64,000 bases of DNA, from contig CAKVLG010000005.1 in assembly GCA_934756675.1 (NCBI GenBank), positions 24,543 through 88,542 on the forward strand. Direction: 5' to 3'. Of this stretch, positions 17,084 through 25,615 are shown in pieces. Below the pieces are notes generated by a model. The model was not told the DNA's origin and ran no database searches. It saw only the letters and a program-made list of their open reading frames with translations. The first letter of the stretch is position 1, and each line of letters starts with the position of its first letter. A program made the position numbers and the translations under genes. The DNA is from an uncultured Clostridia bacterium (GTDB lineage Bacteria > Bacillota > Clostridia > Christensenellales > UBA1242).

Positions 17084-17758
17084 ATGAGATTATTGATTAT
17101 TGGTGCCCTTGGTAAAATGGGCAGGCAGACAAATGAAGTCGCAAAATGTTATGGTGACGAATGTGTACTTTTAGACAAGATCAGTTTATCTGAGCCTAAT
17201 TTTGTTATAAATGATATAAACTTAACTGGCGAAGTCGATGCTATTATCGATTTTTCTGTAGCAGAAGATAGAAGCACATTTTATGATTACGCGGCAAAAC
17301 ATAAGATACCATATGGTATGTTTTCGACATTCCTTTCTAAAAAAGATTATGAAGGGCTAGAGTTTGTATCAAAAAAAGTGCCAGTGTTAATATGTACAAA
17401 TACAAGCATGCAGGTAAATTTATTATATAAAATGGTTGACGATGCGGCAAAAAAGCTTGATGGAGCAGATGTTGTTTTAACAGAATATCACCACAAAACT
17501 AAAAAGGATATACCAAGTGGTACAGCAAGAACGATTATAAGTATTTTGGAAAACGACAACCAAAACCCATATATCAATTCTTTGCGTGTTAAAGATGCTC
17601 TAGGCACTCACAGTGTGAAGTTTTTTTGCGATGGCGAAATGTTGGAAATCAAACATATGGCTCAAAACAGACAGGTGTTTGCAAAAGGGGCGATTGAGGC
17701 TGTGCATAAGCTCATAAACAAAAAACCGCAAATTTACCACAGTATTTTAGAACTTTAG
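17084..17758 (+). CDS. dapB: 4-hydroxy-tetrahydrodipicolinate reductase (short form)
   Basis: MRLLIIGALGKMGRQ and the EYHHKTKKDIPSGTA signature (E.HH..K.D.PSGTA). Confidence 0.8.
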   Translation: MRLLIIGALGKMGRQTNEVAKCYGDECVLLDKISLSEPNFVINDINLTGEVDAIIDFSVAEDRSTFYDYAAKHKIPYGMFSTFLSKKDYEGLEFVSKKVPVLICTNTSMQVNLLYKMVDDAAKKLDGADVVLTEYHHKTKKDIPSGTARTIISILENDNQNPYINSLRVKDALGTHSVKFFCDGEMLEIKHMAQNRQVFAKGAIEAVHKLINKKPQIYHSILEL

Positions 17759-17957
17759 CGTACAATTTACTTTTATTTTAATAAAAAATGTGATAATATA
17801 TTTATAGTTTTTGCTATGAATATATTTTTTATTTTGTGAAAAATATTGAAAATTAATTAATAAAGTGTAAAAATTTACCCGCAAATGTGTAAAAAATTAC
17901 ATAAATTAATTTAAAATATAGCAATTAACAATAAATGCGATTTTTGGAGGATAAAAC

Positions 17958-18725
17958 ATGATAGGATCAATAATTGGAGATTTAGCAGGGTCGATTTATG
18001 AATATAATCAAATAGATTTTGTGTCGCCTGTTAAAATGAAAAATGTAATAGAGGATAATGCGTTTTATAGTGACGACACAATTTTAACTGTGGCAGTTAT
18101 GGACGCTGCGTTAAATTGCAAAAACTTTGAACAAACTATAAAAGAATACGCTTTGGCAAACGAAAAATATAAGCCTAAATTTTCGCCATATTTTGCTACG
18201 CCATTTTCGCCTGGGTTTTTAGCTTGGGTGCATGGTAAAAAAGCGGGAACAAGCAATGGTAATGGTGCACTCATGCGTGTTTGTCCTGTTGGCTATTATT
18301 ATAAAAACGCAAAAGAAGTGAAAAAACAAGCAATTCTTGCAACAAAATGCTCGCACAACTCGCAAGAAGCAATAAAAGATGCTGTGACAGTTGCTATGAT
18401 TGTTTATTATGCTAAAAAGGGTTTAACAAAAGACCAAATAATATCAAAGTTAAAACTTGAAATTAAAAAGCCAAAACTTAAAGCGTTTAATATGACATGC
18501 GAAAGCACCTTAGATTTATGTTTATATTCACTTTTCACAAGCGATAGCTTTGAAGACGCAATACGCTTGGCGCTTTCTTTTGGCGGCGATACTGATACAA
18601 ATGCTGCAATTGTTGGTGGCATGGCAGAAGCTTTGTATGGTGTGCCTCAAGAATATATCGACAAGGCGATGAAAAAGTTGCCATCAAACTTCAAAAAAAT
18701 AATCGAAGAGTTTTATGCAAAATAA
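17958..18725 (+). CDS. ADP-ribosylglycohydrolase family protein
   Basis: N-terminus MIGSIIGDLAGS and C-terminal GGDTDTNAAIVGGMAEA metal-binding motif. SD ggagg. Confidence 0.8.
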   Translation: MIGSIIGDLAGSIYEYNQIDFVSPVKMKNVIEDNAFYSDDTILTVAVMDAALNCKNFEQTIKEYALANEKYKPKFSPYFATPFSPGFLAWVHGKKAGTSNGNGALMRVCPVGYYYKNAKEVKKQAILATKCSHNSQEAIKDAVTVAMIVYYAKKGLTKDQIISKLKLEIKKPKLKAFNMTCESTLDLCLYSLFTSDSFEDAIRLALSFGGDTDTNAAIVGGMAEALYGVPQEYIDKAMKKLPSNFKKIIEEFYAK

Positions 18726-18729
18726 TCTT

Positions 18730-18758
18730 TTGACAAGATAATATTAGATCAATATAAT
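18730..18758 (+). promoter_or_regulatory. Consensus sigma-A promoter
   Basis: TTGACA (18730-35), 17 nt, TATAAT (18753-58). The ATG at 18773 is only 14 nt downstream and has no SD. Confidence 0.6.
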
Positions 18759-18772
18759 AAACTAAATAAAAT

Positions 18773-19516
18773 ATGGAAAAAATGCAACGAAAAAACTTAA
18801 TTATTTCACTTGTGATGAACCTGGTTACTGCTGTGTTCGTCCTTGTTGGTGTGATAATTAGTTATGGCAAGCATGGCATTGGTTGCTTGCAGTTTTATAC
18901 GGTGGATAGTAACTTAATTCTTGCCATTTCTTGCATTGCAATGGCTATTAACGAGGTTGTTTGTCTTAGCCGCAAAAACGTAAAAATTGCACAAGCGATT
19001 ACGACATTTAAGTATATTTCAGTGTGTTTAGTCGCTGTTACGTTTTTGGTGGTGGCATTTTTGCTTGCACCTGGCACGGGAAGTTTTGCGGGATATGTAA
19101 AAACAATGTTTTATGACTCAAAACTATTTCATCACTTTTTGTGCCCAATTCTTGGGTTTGTGTCTTTTATATTTTTTGAAACAGATAATGATGTTTCGTT
19201 GTCAGATGCATTTTTTGCACTGATACCAACAATTGTATATGCTATTGTTGCCGTGGTGTTAAATGTTGTTTATGTTATTTATGGTCCATATCCATTTTTG
19301 CAAGTAAACGAGCAACCCGTGTATATTTCAGCTATTTGGGGCGTTGCAATTATTGGCAGTGCATACCTGTTTGCATGGGCAATATATAAGTTTCGCAATT
19401 TATATAAGAAAAAGATGCTAATAAAAAGTAGACAGGAAAAACAGCAAAAAAATAAAGAAAAATCTGAAAAAATAGTGAAAAAGGAAAAGAAAAATGAAAA
19501 TATCGACAAGGGGTAG
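18773..19516 (+). CDS. Multi-pass membrane protein with a Lys-rich C-terminal tail
   Basis: About 6 hydrophobic segments. Tail is KKKMLIKSRQEKQQKNKEKSEKIVKKEKKNE. 23-nt overlap with the next gene. Confidence 0.55.
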   Translation: MEKMQRKNLIISLVMNLVTAVFVLVGVIISYGKHGIGCLQFYTVDSNLILAISCIAMAINEVVCLSRKNVKIAQAITTFKYISVCLVAVTFLVVAFLLAPGTGSFAGYVKTMFYDSKLFHHFLCPILGFVSFIFFETDNDVSLSDAFFALIPTIVYAIVAVVLNVVYVIYGPYPFLQVNEQPVYISAIWGVAIIGSAYLFAWAIYKFRNLYKKKMLIKSRQEKQQKNKEKSEKIVKKEKKNENIDKG

Positions 19517-19898
19517 GTATGCGGTTCGCATTATGGCAGAACTTGCAAAAAACTATGGCACACTTTTGTCTAGTGCTGAACTTTGTGAAAAACAAGATAT
19601 ATCGCAAAAATATGCCGAAAAGATTTTAGCACTTTTAAAAAAGGCAAATCTTATTAAAAGTGAAAAGGGGGCAACTGGAGGATACACTTTGTCTTCTAGT
19701 GCAAAAAAAATTAATGTTGCACAAATATTAAAAGCAACTGGCGATTTGCCAGAACTTGTTCCATGTATAGAAAACAAAACCAACTGCCCAAGAAAAATGC
19801 AATGCGATAGTATTGGTTGTTGGGAAAAACTCAACTCGTTAATTGTTGAATATCTTTCGAAATTGACATTATTTGATTTGATAAACAAAAATTATTAA
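19494..19898 (+). CDS. Rrf2-family transcriptional regulator (IscR/CymR-like)
   Basis: MKISTRGRYAVRIMAELA winged-helix N-terminus. Cysteine cluster CIENKTNCPRKMQCDSIGC. Confidence 0.85.
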   Translation: MKISTRGRYAVRIMAELAKNYGTLLSSAELCEKQDISQKYAEKILALLKKANLIKSEKGATGGYTLSSSAKKINVAQILKATGDLPELVPCIENKTNCPRKMQCDSIGCWEKLNSLIVEYLSKLTLFDLINKNY

Positions 19899-19923
19899 GA
19901 TGGCTAGCCCCATCTTTTTTTAT
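19898..19923 (+). terminator. Intrinsic terminator after the Rrf2 gene
   Basis: agatgg-ctagcc-ccatct followed by T7. Confidence 0.6.
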
Positions 19924-19941
19924 TATTTATTTTTTTAGTGA

Positions 19942-19970
19942 TTGACAAAAACGTAATTATGCTATATATT
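19942..19970 (+). promoter_or_regulatory. Sigma-A promoter for nifS-mnmA-nifU
   Basis: TTGACA (19942-47), 17 nt, TATATT (19965-70). Confidence 0.6.
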
Positions 19971-20012
19971 AATATCACACCAAAATGGTAGGAATTAAAA
20001 ATCGGAGGATTT

Positions 20013-21191
20013 ATGATATATCTAGATAATGCTGGAACGACAAAAGTTTCGGAGCATGTTAAAAATGTTATGTTGCCTTATTTTGATGAAATTTATGGCA
20101 ACGCAAGTAGTTTGCACACAAGTGGACAAATTGCAAAAGAAAAACTAGAAGAAGCGAGAGAAAAAGTTGCAAAAAGCTTAGGCGTTGAACCAAGAGAAAT
20201 TTATTTTACTTCTGGTGGCAGCGAAAGCGATAACTGGGCAATTGAAAACGCATGTACCATTGGTGCTAAAAATGGCAAAAGACACATAATTACCTCAGCT
20301 ATTGAACATCACGCCATACTTAACACCCTAAAAAAGAAAGAAATGGAAGGTTTTTCGGTTACGTATTTGCCAGTTTATGAAAATGGTATTATAAAAGTTA
20401 GCGACTTAAAATCTGCTATAAAAGAAGATACTTGCCTTGTTACAATCATGTATGCAAATAACGAAATTGGTACCATTCAACCAATAGAAGAAATAGGTAA
20501 AGTTTGCAAAGAAAAGGGCGTTTTGTTCCACACAGATGCTGTTCAAGCTGTTGGGCATATTGCTGTTAATTTGGCAAATGTAGACATGCTTTCGGTTTCG
20601 GGACACAAGTTCCATGGGCCAAAAGGTGTCGGAATTTTCTATTGCAAAAAAACTGTGCCACTTTACCCGTTTGTTAATGGTGGGGCGCAAGAAAGAGGCA
20701 AGCGTGCCGGAACAGAAAACCTAGCTGGCATTGTTGGCATGGCAACGGCGCTTGAAGACGCTATAAACGAAATGGACAAGGTTGCTAAAACAGAAATTAA
20801 ACTTAGAGATAAACTTTTTGCAGAGCTTTCTAAGATTTCACATTCGAAGATAAATGGCGACACGAAAAATCGTTTGCCAAACAATTTTAATATGTCGTTT
20901 GAAGGTATAGAAGGTGAAAGTTTACTTTTACTTTTAGATAATGCTGGCATTTGCGCGTCTAGTGGTTCAGCTTGCACATCTGGTTCGCTTGACCCTAGTC
21001 ACGTTTTGCTTGCAATCGGTTTGCCACACGAAATAGCACATGGCAGTTTAAGATTGACGCTTTCGAAATATACAACAGAAGAAGAAATAGATAAAACTAT
21101 TGCCGAAGTTCCAAAAATTGTTGAATATTTAAGAAAAATGAGCCCAGTTTGGGACAAGCTTGAAAAGGGAAAAATAAAACATGTTATCTAA
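20013..21191 (+). CDS. nifS: Cysteine desulfurase (NifS/IscS class I)
   Basis: 392 aa. SGHKFHGPKG PLP-lysine motif and SSGSACTSG active-site cysteine loop. Confidence 0.9.
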   Translation: MIYLDNAGTTKVSEHVKNVMLPYFDEIYGNASSLHTSGQIAKEKLEEAREKVAKSLGVEPREIYFTSGGSESDNWAIENACTIGAKNGKRHIITSAIEHHAILNTLKKKEMEGFSVTYLPVYENGIIKVSDLKSAIKEDTCLVTIMYANNEIGTIQPIEEIGKVCKEKGVLFHTDAVQAVGHIAVNLANVDMLSVSGHKFHGPKGVGIFYCKKTVPLYPFVNGGAQERGKRAGTENLAGIVGMATALEDAINEMDKVAKTEIKLRDKLFAELSKISHSKINGDTKNRLPNNFNMSFEGIEGESLLLLLDNAGICASSGSACTSGSLDPSHVLLAIGLPHEIAHGSLRLTLSKYTTEEEIDKTIAEVPKIVEYLRKMSPVWDKLEKGKIKHVI

Positions 21192-22275
21192 AAAAGCATT
21201 AATTGCTATGAGTGGTGGCGTAGATTCGAGTGTGGCGGCACTTTTGACAAAAGAAAAGGGTTATGATTGCATTGGTTGTACTATGAAACTTTATAACAGT
21301 GAAAATGTCGATGTATGCCAGTTGCACACATGTTGCTCACTTAGTGATGTCGAAGATGCGAGAAGCGTGGCATATAAACTTGGAATGCCATATTATGTGT
21401 TCAATTTTGCAGACGAGTTTAAGGAAAAGGTAATTGATAAGTTCATTTGCTATTACGAATGTGGTTTGACGCCAAACCCTTGTGTAGACTGCAACAGATA
21501 TATGAAGTTTGATAAACTTTATAACCGTGCAAAAGTGCTTGGTTGTGATTATATTGTGACGGGGCATTATGCAATTATTGATTTTGACGGTAAAAAATAT
21601 CATTTGCGAAAAGCTAAAGACGACACAAAAGACCAAAGTTATGTGCTTTATACAATGACGCAAGATCAGCTTGCACATACAATGTTTCCGCTAGGAAAAC
21701 TAACAAAAATACAGACGCGAAAAATTGCAAGTGAAAACGGCTTTGTAAATTCTTTAAAACCAGACAGTCAAGATATTTGTTTTGTACCAGATGGTGACTA
21801 TGCTGCAGTGATAGAAAAATACACAAACAAAAAGAGCAAAAGTGGAGATTTTGTTGACACAAACGGCAACAAAATTGGCACGCACAAAGGAATAATAAAT
21901 TACACAATTGGGCAAAGAAAAGGGCTCGGTATTTCGAGCAAAATGCCGCTTTATGTCTGCGGCATTGACAAAGAGAAAAACCAGGTAGTTTTGGGACATA
22001 GTGACGATTTATTAGAAACTACACTTTTTGTAAAAGATTTTAGCTGGGTTTCTGGCGAAATAGTAACACAACCGCTTGAATGCTGCGTGAAAATTCGATA
22101 CAGACAAAAAGAGCAGCCAGCAAAGTTAATTCCACAAGAAAATGGAACGGTTAAAATTGTATTTAACTCGCCACAACGAGCAATTACCCCAGGGCAAATT
22201 GCGGTTGCATACAAGGGCGATGAAGTTTTAGGCGGCGGAGTTATTATGAAAAAAGGAGAAAATTATGTTATATAG
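21181..22275 (+). CDS. mnmA: tRNA 2-thiouridine(34) synthase
   Basis: 364 aa. PP-loop AMSGGVDSSVAA, and NPCVDCN and DQSYVL motifs. Confidence 0.9.
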   Translation: MLSKKALIAMSGGVDSSVAALLTKEKGYDCIGCTMKLYNSENVDVCQLHTCCSLSDVEDARSVAYKLGMPYYVFNFADEFKEKVIDKFICYYECGLTPNPCVDCNRYMKFDKLYNRAKVLGCDYIVTGHYAIIDFDGKKYHLRKAKDDTKDQSYVLYTMTQDQLAHTMFPLGKLTKIQTRKIASENGFVNSLKPDSQDICFVPDGDYAAVIEKYTNKKSKSGDFVDTNGNKIGTHKGIINYTIGQRKGLGISSKMPLYVCGIDKEKNQVVLGHSDDLLETTLFVKDFSWVSGEIVTQPLECCVKIRYRQKEQPAKLIPQENGTVKIVFNSPQRAITPGQIAVAYKGDEVLGGGVIMKKGENYVI

Positions 22276-22696
22276 TGAAAAAGTTATGGATCATTTTTTA
22301 CACCCAAGAAATGTTGGTGAAATGGAAAATCCAGATGCTGTTGGTGAAGTAGGTAACGCAAAATGTGGCGACATTATGCGTATGCAATTAAAAGTGAAAG
22401 ACGGAATTATTACCGATGCAAAATTTATGACTTTTGGTTGTGGGAGTGCAATTGCAACAAGTTCCATGGCGACAGAATTAATAATTGGAAAACCACTTGA
22501 AGACGCATTAAAGATTACTAACCGCGCCGTGGTTGAAGCGCTAGACGGTTTGCCAGCACACAAGGTACATTGTTCTGTTTTGGCAGAAGAAGCAATAAAA
22601 GCTGCAATTAGCGATTATTATACAAAAAACAACATTCCTTTCGACAAAGAAAAGTACGCACCGCACCCTGTTTGCTGTGAAATTCATAAAAAATAG
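22265..22696 (+). CDS. nifU: Fe-S cluster assembly scaffold (IscU/NifU N-terminal type)
   Basis: 143 aa. Motifs NAKCGDIM, FGCGSAIATSS and HCSVLAEEA. Confidence 0.9.
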   Translation: MLYSEKVMDHFLHPRNVGEMENPDAVGEVGNAKCGDIMRMQLKVKDGIITDAKFMTFGCGSAIATSSMATELIIGKPLEDALKITNRAVVEALDGLPAHKVHCSVLAEEAIKAAISDYYTKNNIPFDKEKYAPHPVCCEIHKK

Positions 22697-22747
22697 TTTG
22701 CTAAAAATTTTTTAGTGGACTATAATATTGCCAAGGAGGATAGAAAC

Positions 22748-23323
22748 TTGGTAAAAGAATTTTTAAAAAGAATTAAGTGGGAATCTTTGATCACAGCTAT
22801 ATTGGCAATTTTAATTGGTGTTGCTTTTGTAGTTTGGCCACAAAATACTGGTAATGTTCTTTGCTATATCTCGGGTGTAATTTTTATTATCCTTGGTGTG
22901 TCTGCAATTATCCGCAGCATTGCTATGGGGCTTGCAATTAGTGCCGAATATATGGTATTTGGTTTAGCATTACTTCTTGGTGGCATCTTTTGTCTTGTTA
23001 GACCAGATGCGGTTAAAGGTATCATTACAGTAATCTTTGGCGTATATCTTGTTGCAGATGGTATAAGCAAAATGCGTTATGGTGTTATTTGCTCTAGATC
23101 GCAAGTACGCGGTAGTTGGGTTTTGTACATTATCTCTGTTTTGACAGTTGCTCTTGGTTGTGTTGTAATGTTTGGCTCATTTGATAGTGTTATGCTTATT
23201 GCTGGTATTTCACTTATCGTTGATGGTGTGTTTGATATTATCACAACACTTGTTTTCAGCTCGCATATTCGCAAGTTTGAAAAAACAATGAAAGATTATT
23301 TGCAAGAAACAATTGAATACTAA
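22748..23323 (+). CDS. HdeD/DUF308-family membrane protein
   Basis: The listed ORF starts at GTG 22715. However, aaggagg (22733-39) followed by 8 nt and an in-frame TTG at 22748 (LVKEFLKRIKWESL as encoded; the initiator TTG is read as Met) is a better start. Repeated DUF308-type TM hairpins. Confidence 0.65.
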   Translation: MVKEFLKRIKWESLITAILAILIGVAFVVWPQNTGNVLCYISGVIFIILGVSAIIRSIAMGLAISAEYMVFGLALLLGGIFCLVRPDAVKGIITVIFGVYLVADGISKMRYGVICSRSQVRGSWVLYIISVLTVALGCVVMFGSFDSVMLIAGISLIVDGVFDIITTLVFSSHIRKFEKTMKDYLQETIEY

Positions 23324-23327
23324 AATG

Positions 23328-23355
23328 TGCTGCCACAGTGGCAGCATTTTTTTTG
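23328..23355 (+). terminator. Intrinsic terminator
   Basis: tgctgcc-acagt-ggcagca followed by T8. Confidence 0.8.
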
Positions 23356-23451
23356 TTTTTTTAATCAAACTATTTATATATTGTTATATTTATTTGACAG
23401 AGTGGTAGTAAATTTTATATTATGTAAACATATAATAAATAGGGGTAAATT

Positions 23452-24816
23452 ATGAATAATAAATTTTTTAATTCCAAAAAGAATGTTATTGCTTTTTCGG
23501 TTGCTGTTATTGTTTGTATTGCAATTATTGTTACAACAATTTGCTTGGTTTTTATAAAGAGACCAAAAGCAGAATATGTCTCGGCAACTGTTGGAGAATA
23601 TGAAGTTAATTACGACAAAAATGGTGTGGACAAGGGGTTGTCAATCAATAAATACACTGGCTCTGCTAGTGGCGGCAATGTTGAAGTTCCAGAAACTATT
23701 ACAATTGAAGAAAAAGTTTATACAGTTACCACACTTGGTGCAAAAAGTTTTTCTTATGAAACAAACGAAAATTTGGGGTTAATCACATCGCTTACACTTC
23801 CAAAGACTATTACAAAAATTGGTGACGAAGCTTTTACGAGAACACAATTTTTAACCGAACTTGTTATTCCTGGCAAGGTTGAAAGTTATGGCAAACAGAT
23901 TTTAAAGGGAAGTGGTGTTAAGAGATTGGTTATCGAAAACCTAACACCTGGCTATGGTTTGTTAACATTTGATGGTTGTGAACTTAACGAGTTTGTTGTT
24001 GAAACAATTTGTGGCAACACTCAAGACTATAACCACCAATATTCTAACAATATTAGAGCAGCAAAGCTTACACTTGGTCAAGGTGTAAGTGACGCAACAA
24101 TGCTTTCGGAAATGGCTAATAAAATCACAAGTTTGTCTGTTTATTCTGGAACAAAAATGTTTGCATTTACAGAAGATGCTATGATAAATGAAATTGAAGT
24201 AAATTGTACTTCTACTCAAGAGCAACTGAAACAAACCGAACTTACAAAAGAAAAAACAGATGTAATTAATGATGTTGCAAAAAAGAAAATAAAAACTTTC
24301 CACGTTGGCGAAGTTGTGGATACAATTCGCGCTAATGCTTTTGCTGGCTATGACAACTTGGAAACGATTTATATCTCTGGCAAAAACTCAATTTCTATTG
24401 GTAATTCATTTACTATTGATGTTGCAAGTTTTGACGGGCTTAGCTCTTCTTGCAAAGTATTATTCACAGAAGATCTTGATGGATACGAATTCTTCATCAC
24501 TGCTAAAACTGAAAAAACCGTTGTTTTAAGAAGCTTGATGAATAGATTTGATAAACTTGCTTATATTAAATCAGTTACACTTGATGCTAACATTACAGAA
24601 ATTAAAGATGGTGCATTTTCTGGTTTGACTGGTCTTGAAACTTTTGAATTCAACAACCAATCGGTTATTACAAACATCGAAAAAGGTGCATTTAGAGATA
24701 ACGCACAAATCGCTTTCCGTGGTCCACAAAACACAGATTCTTACATCTATAAGATTATGACAAGTGCTGACTATAAGGGAACTATTGCTAAAACATATAA
24801 TAATGAAGTTTTATAA
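23452..24816 (+). CDS. BspA-like leucine-rich-repeat (LRR_5) surface protein with an N-terminal TM anchor
   Basis: 454 aa. N-terminal VIAFSVAVIVCIAIIVTTICLVFI. Repeated ...I.IP..VT.IG..AF... units. Confidence 0.7.
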   Translation: MNNKFFNSKKNVIAFSVAVIVCIAIIVTTICLVFIKRPKAEYVSATVGEYEVNYDKNGVDKGLSINKYTGSASGGNVEVPETITIEEKVYTVTTLGAKSFSYETNENLGLITSLTLPKTITKIGDEAFTRTQFLTELVIPGKVESYGKQILKGSGVKRLVIENLTPGYGLLTFDGCELNEFVVETICGNTQDYNHQYSNNIRAAKLTLGQGVSDATMLSEMANKITSLSVYSGTKMFAFTEDAMINEIEVNCTSTQEQLKQTELTKEKTDVINDVAKKKIKTFHVGEVVDTIRANAFAGYDNLETIYISGKNSISIGNSFTIDVASFDGLSSSCKVLFTEDLDGYEFFITAKTEKTVVLRSLMNRFDKLAYIKSVTLDANITEIKDGAFSGLTGLETFEFNNQSVITNIEKGAFRDNAQIAFRGPQNTDSYIYKIMTSADYKGTIAKTYNNEVL

Positions 24817-24825
24817 GGAGTAGAT

Positions 24826-25605
24826 ATGAAAAAGATTGCGGTTGTAACAGGTGCAAGTTCGGGCATGGGGCAAAAGTTTTGCATTAAACTCGATACTATC
24901 GGTGCAGATGAGATTTGGGGCATTGCTCTTGAAAGTGACGGTCTTGACCAAACGGAGCAAATGTTAAAGACCCCTATGCGTAAATTTCCACTTGACTTAT
25001 CGAAGGACGAAAGTTTAAAGGTTATAGAAGACGCTTTAAAAGAGAGCGATGTAGAAATTGTATGGTTGCTTTGTGCGTCTGGTTTTTGCAAAATTGGTAG
25101 ATATGACGAAATTCCACTTGCTCAAACTCTTGGTATGATTGATGTTAACTGTAGGGCGCTAGTTGCCGTCACACAACTTTGCTTGCCATATATGAAAGAA
25201 GGGGCAAGAATAACAGAAATTGCTTCGAGTGCTGGTTTTCAACCATTGCCATATATCAATGTATATTCGGCAACAAAGGCTTTTGTATTAAATTATTCAA
25301 GAGCACTTAATGTAGAACTTAAAAACAGAAAAATAAGCGTAACTTGTGTTTGCCCATATTGGACAAATACACCATTTATTAAAAAGGCAGAAGAACAGAG
25401 CAGGGCTATTAATTACATAAAACTATATAACCCAGATGACGTTGTAGAAAAAGCATTTAAAGACACATTAAAACGCAAAAAGATTTCTATTTGCGGTTGC
25501 TTTGCAAGGTTCTATACAGGGCTTTCGAGATGCTTGCCTAAAAACCAAGTTATGCGTATTTGGACTCGCCAACAAAAGTTCAATAAAAAATATAAAAACA
25601 AATAA
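24826..25605 (+). CDS. Short-chain dehydrogenase/reductase (SDR)
   Basis: VVTGASSGMG cofactor motif and YSATKAF catalytic motif. Confidence 0.85.
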   Translation: MKKIAVVTGASSGMGQKFCIKLDTIGADEIWGIALESDGLDQTEQMLKTPMRKFPLDLSKDESLKVIEDALKESDVEIVWLLCASGFCKIGRYDEIPLAQTLGMIDVNCRALVAVTQLCLPYMKEGARITEIASSAGFQPLPYINVYSATKAFVLNYSRALNVELKNRKISVTCVCPYWTNTPFIKKAEEQSRAINYIKLYNPDDVVEKAFKDTLKRKKISICGCFARFYTGLSRCLPKNQVMRIWTRQQKFNKKYKNK

Positions 25606-25615
25606 AAAAGTAGCG

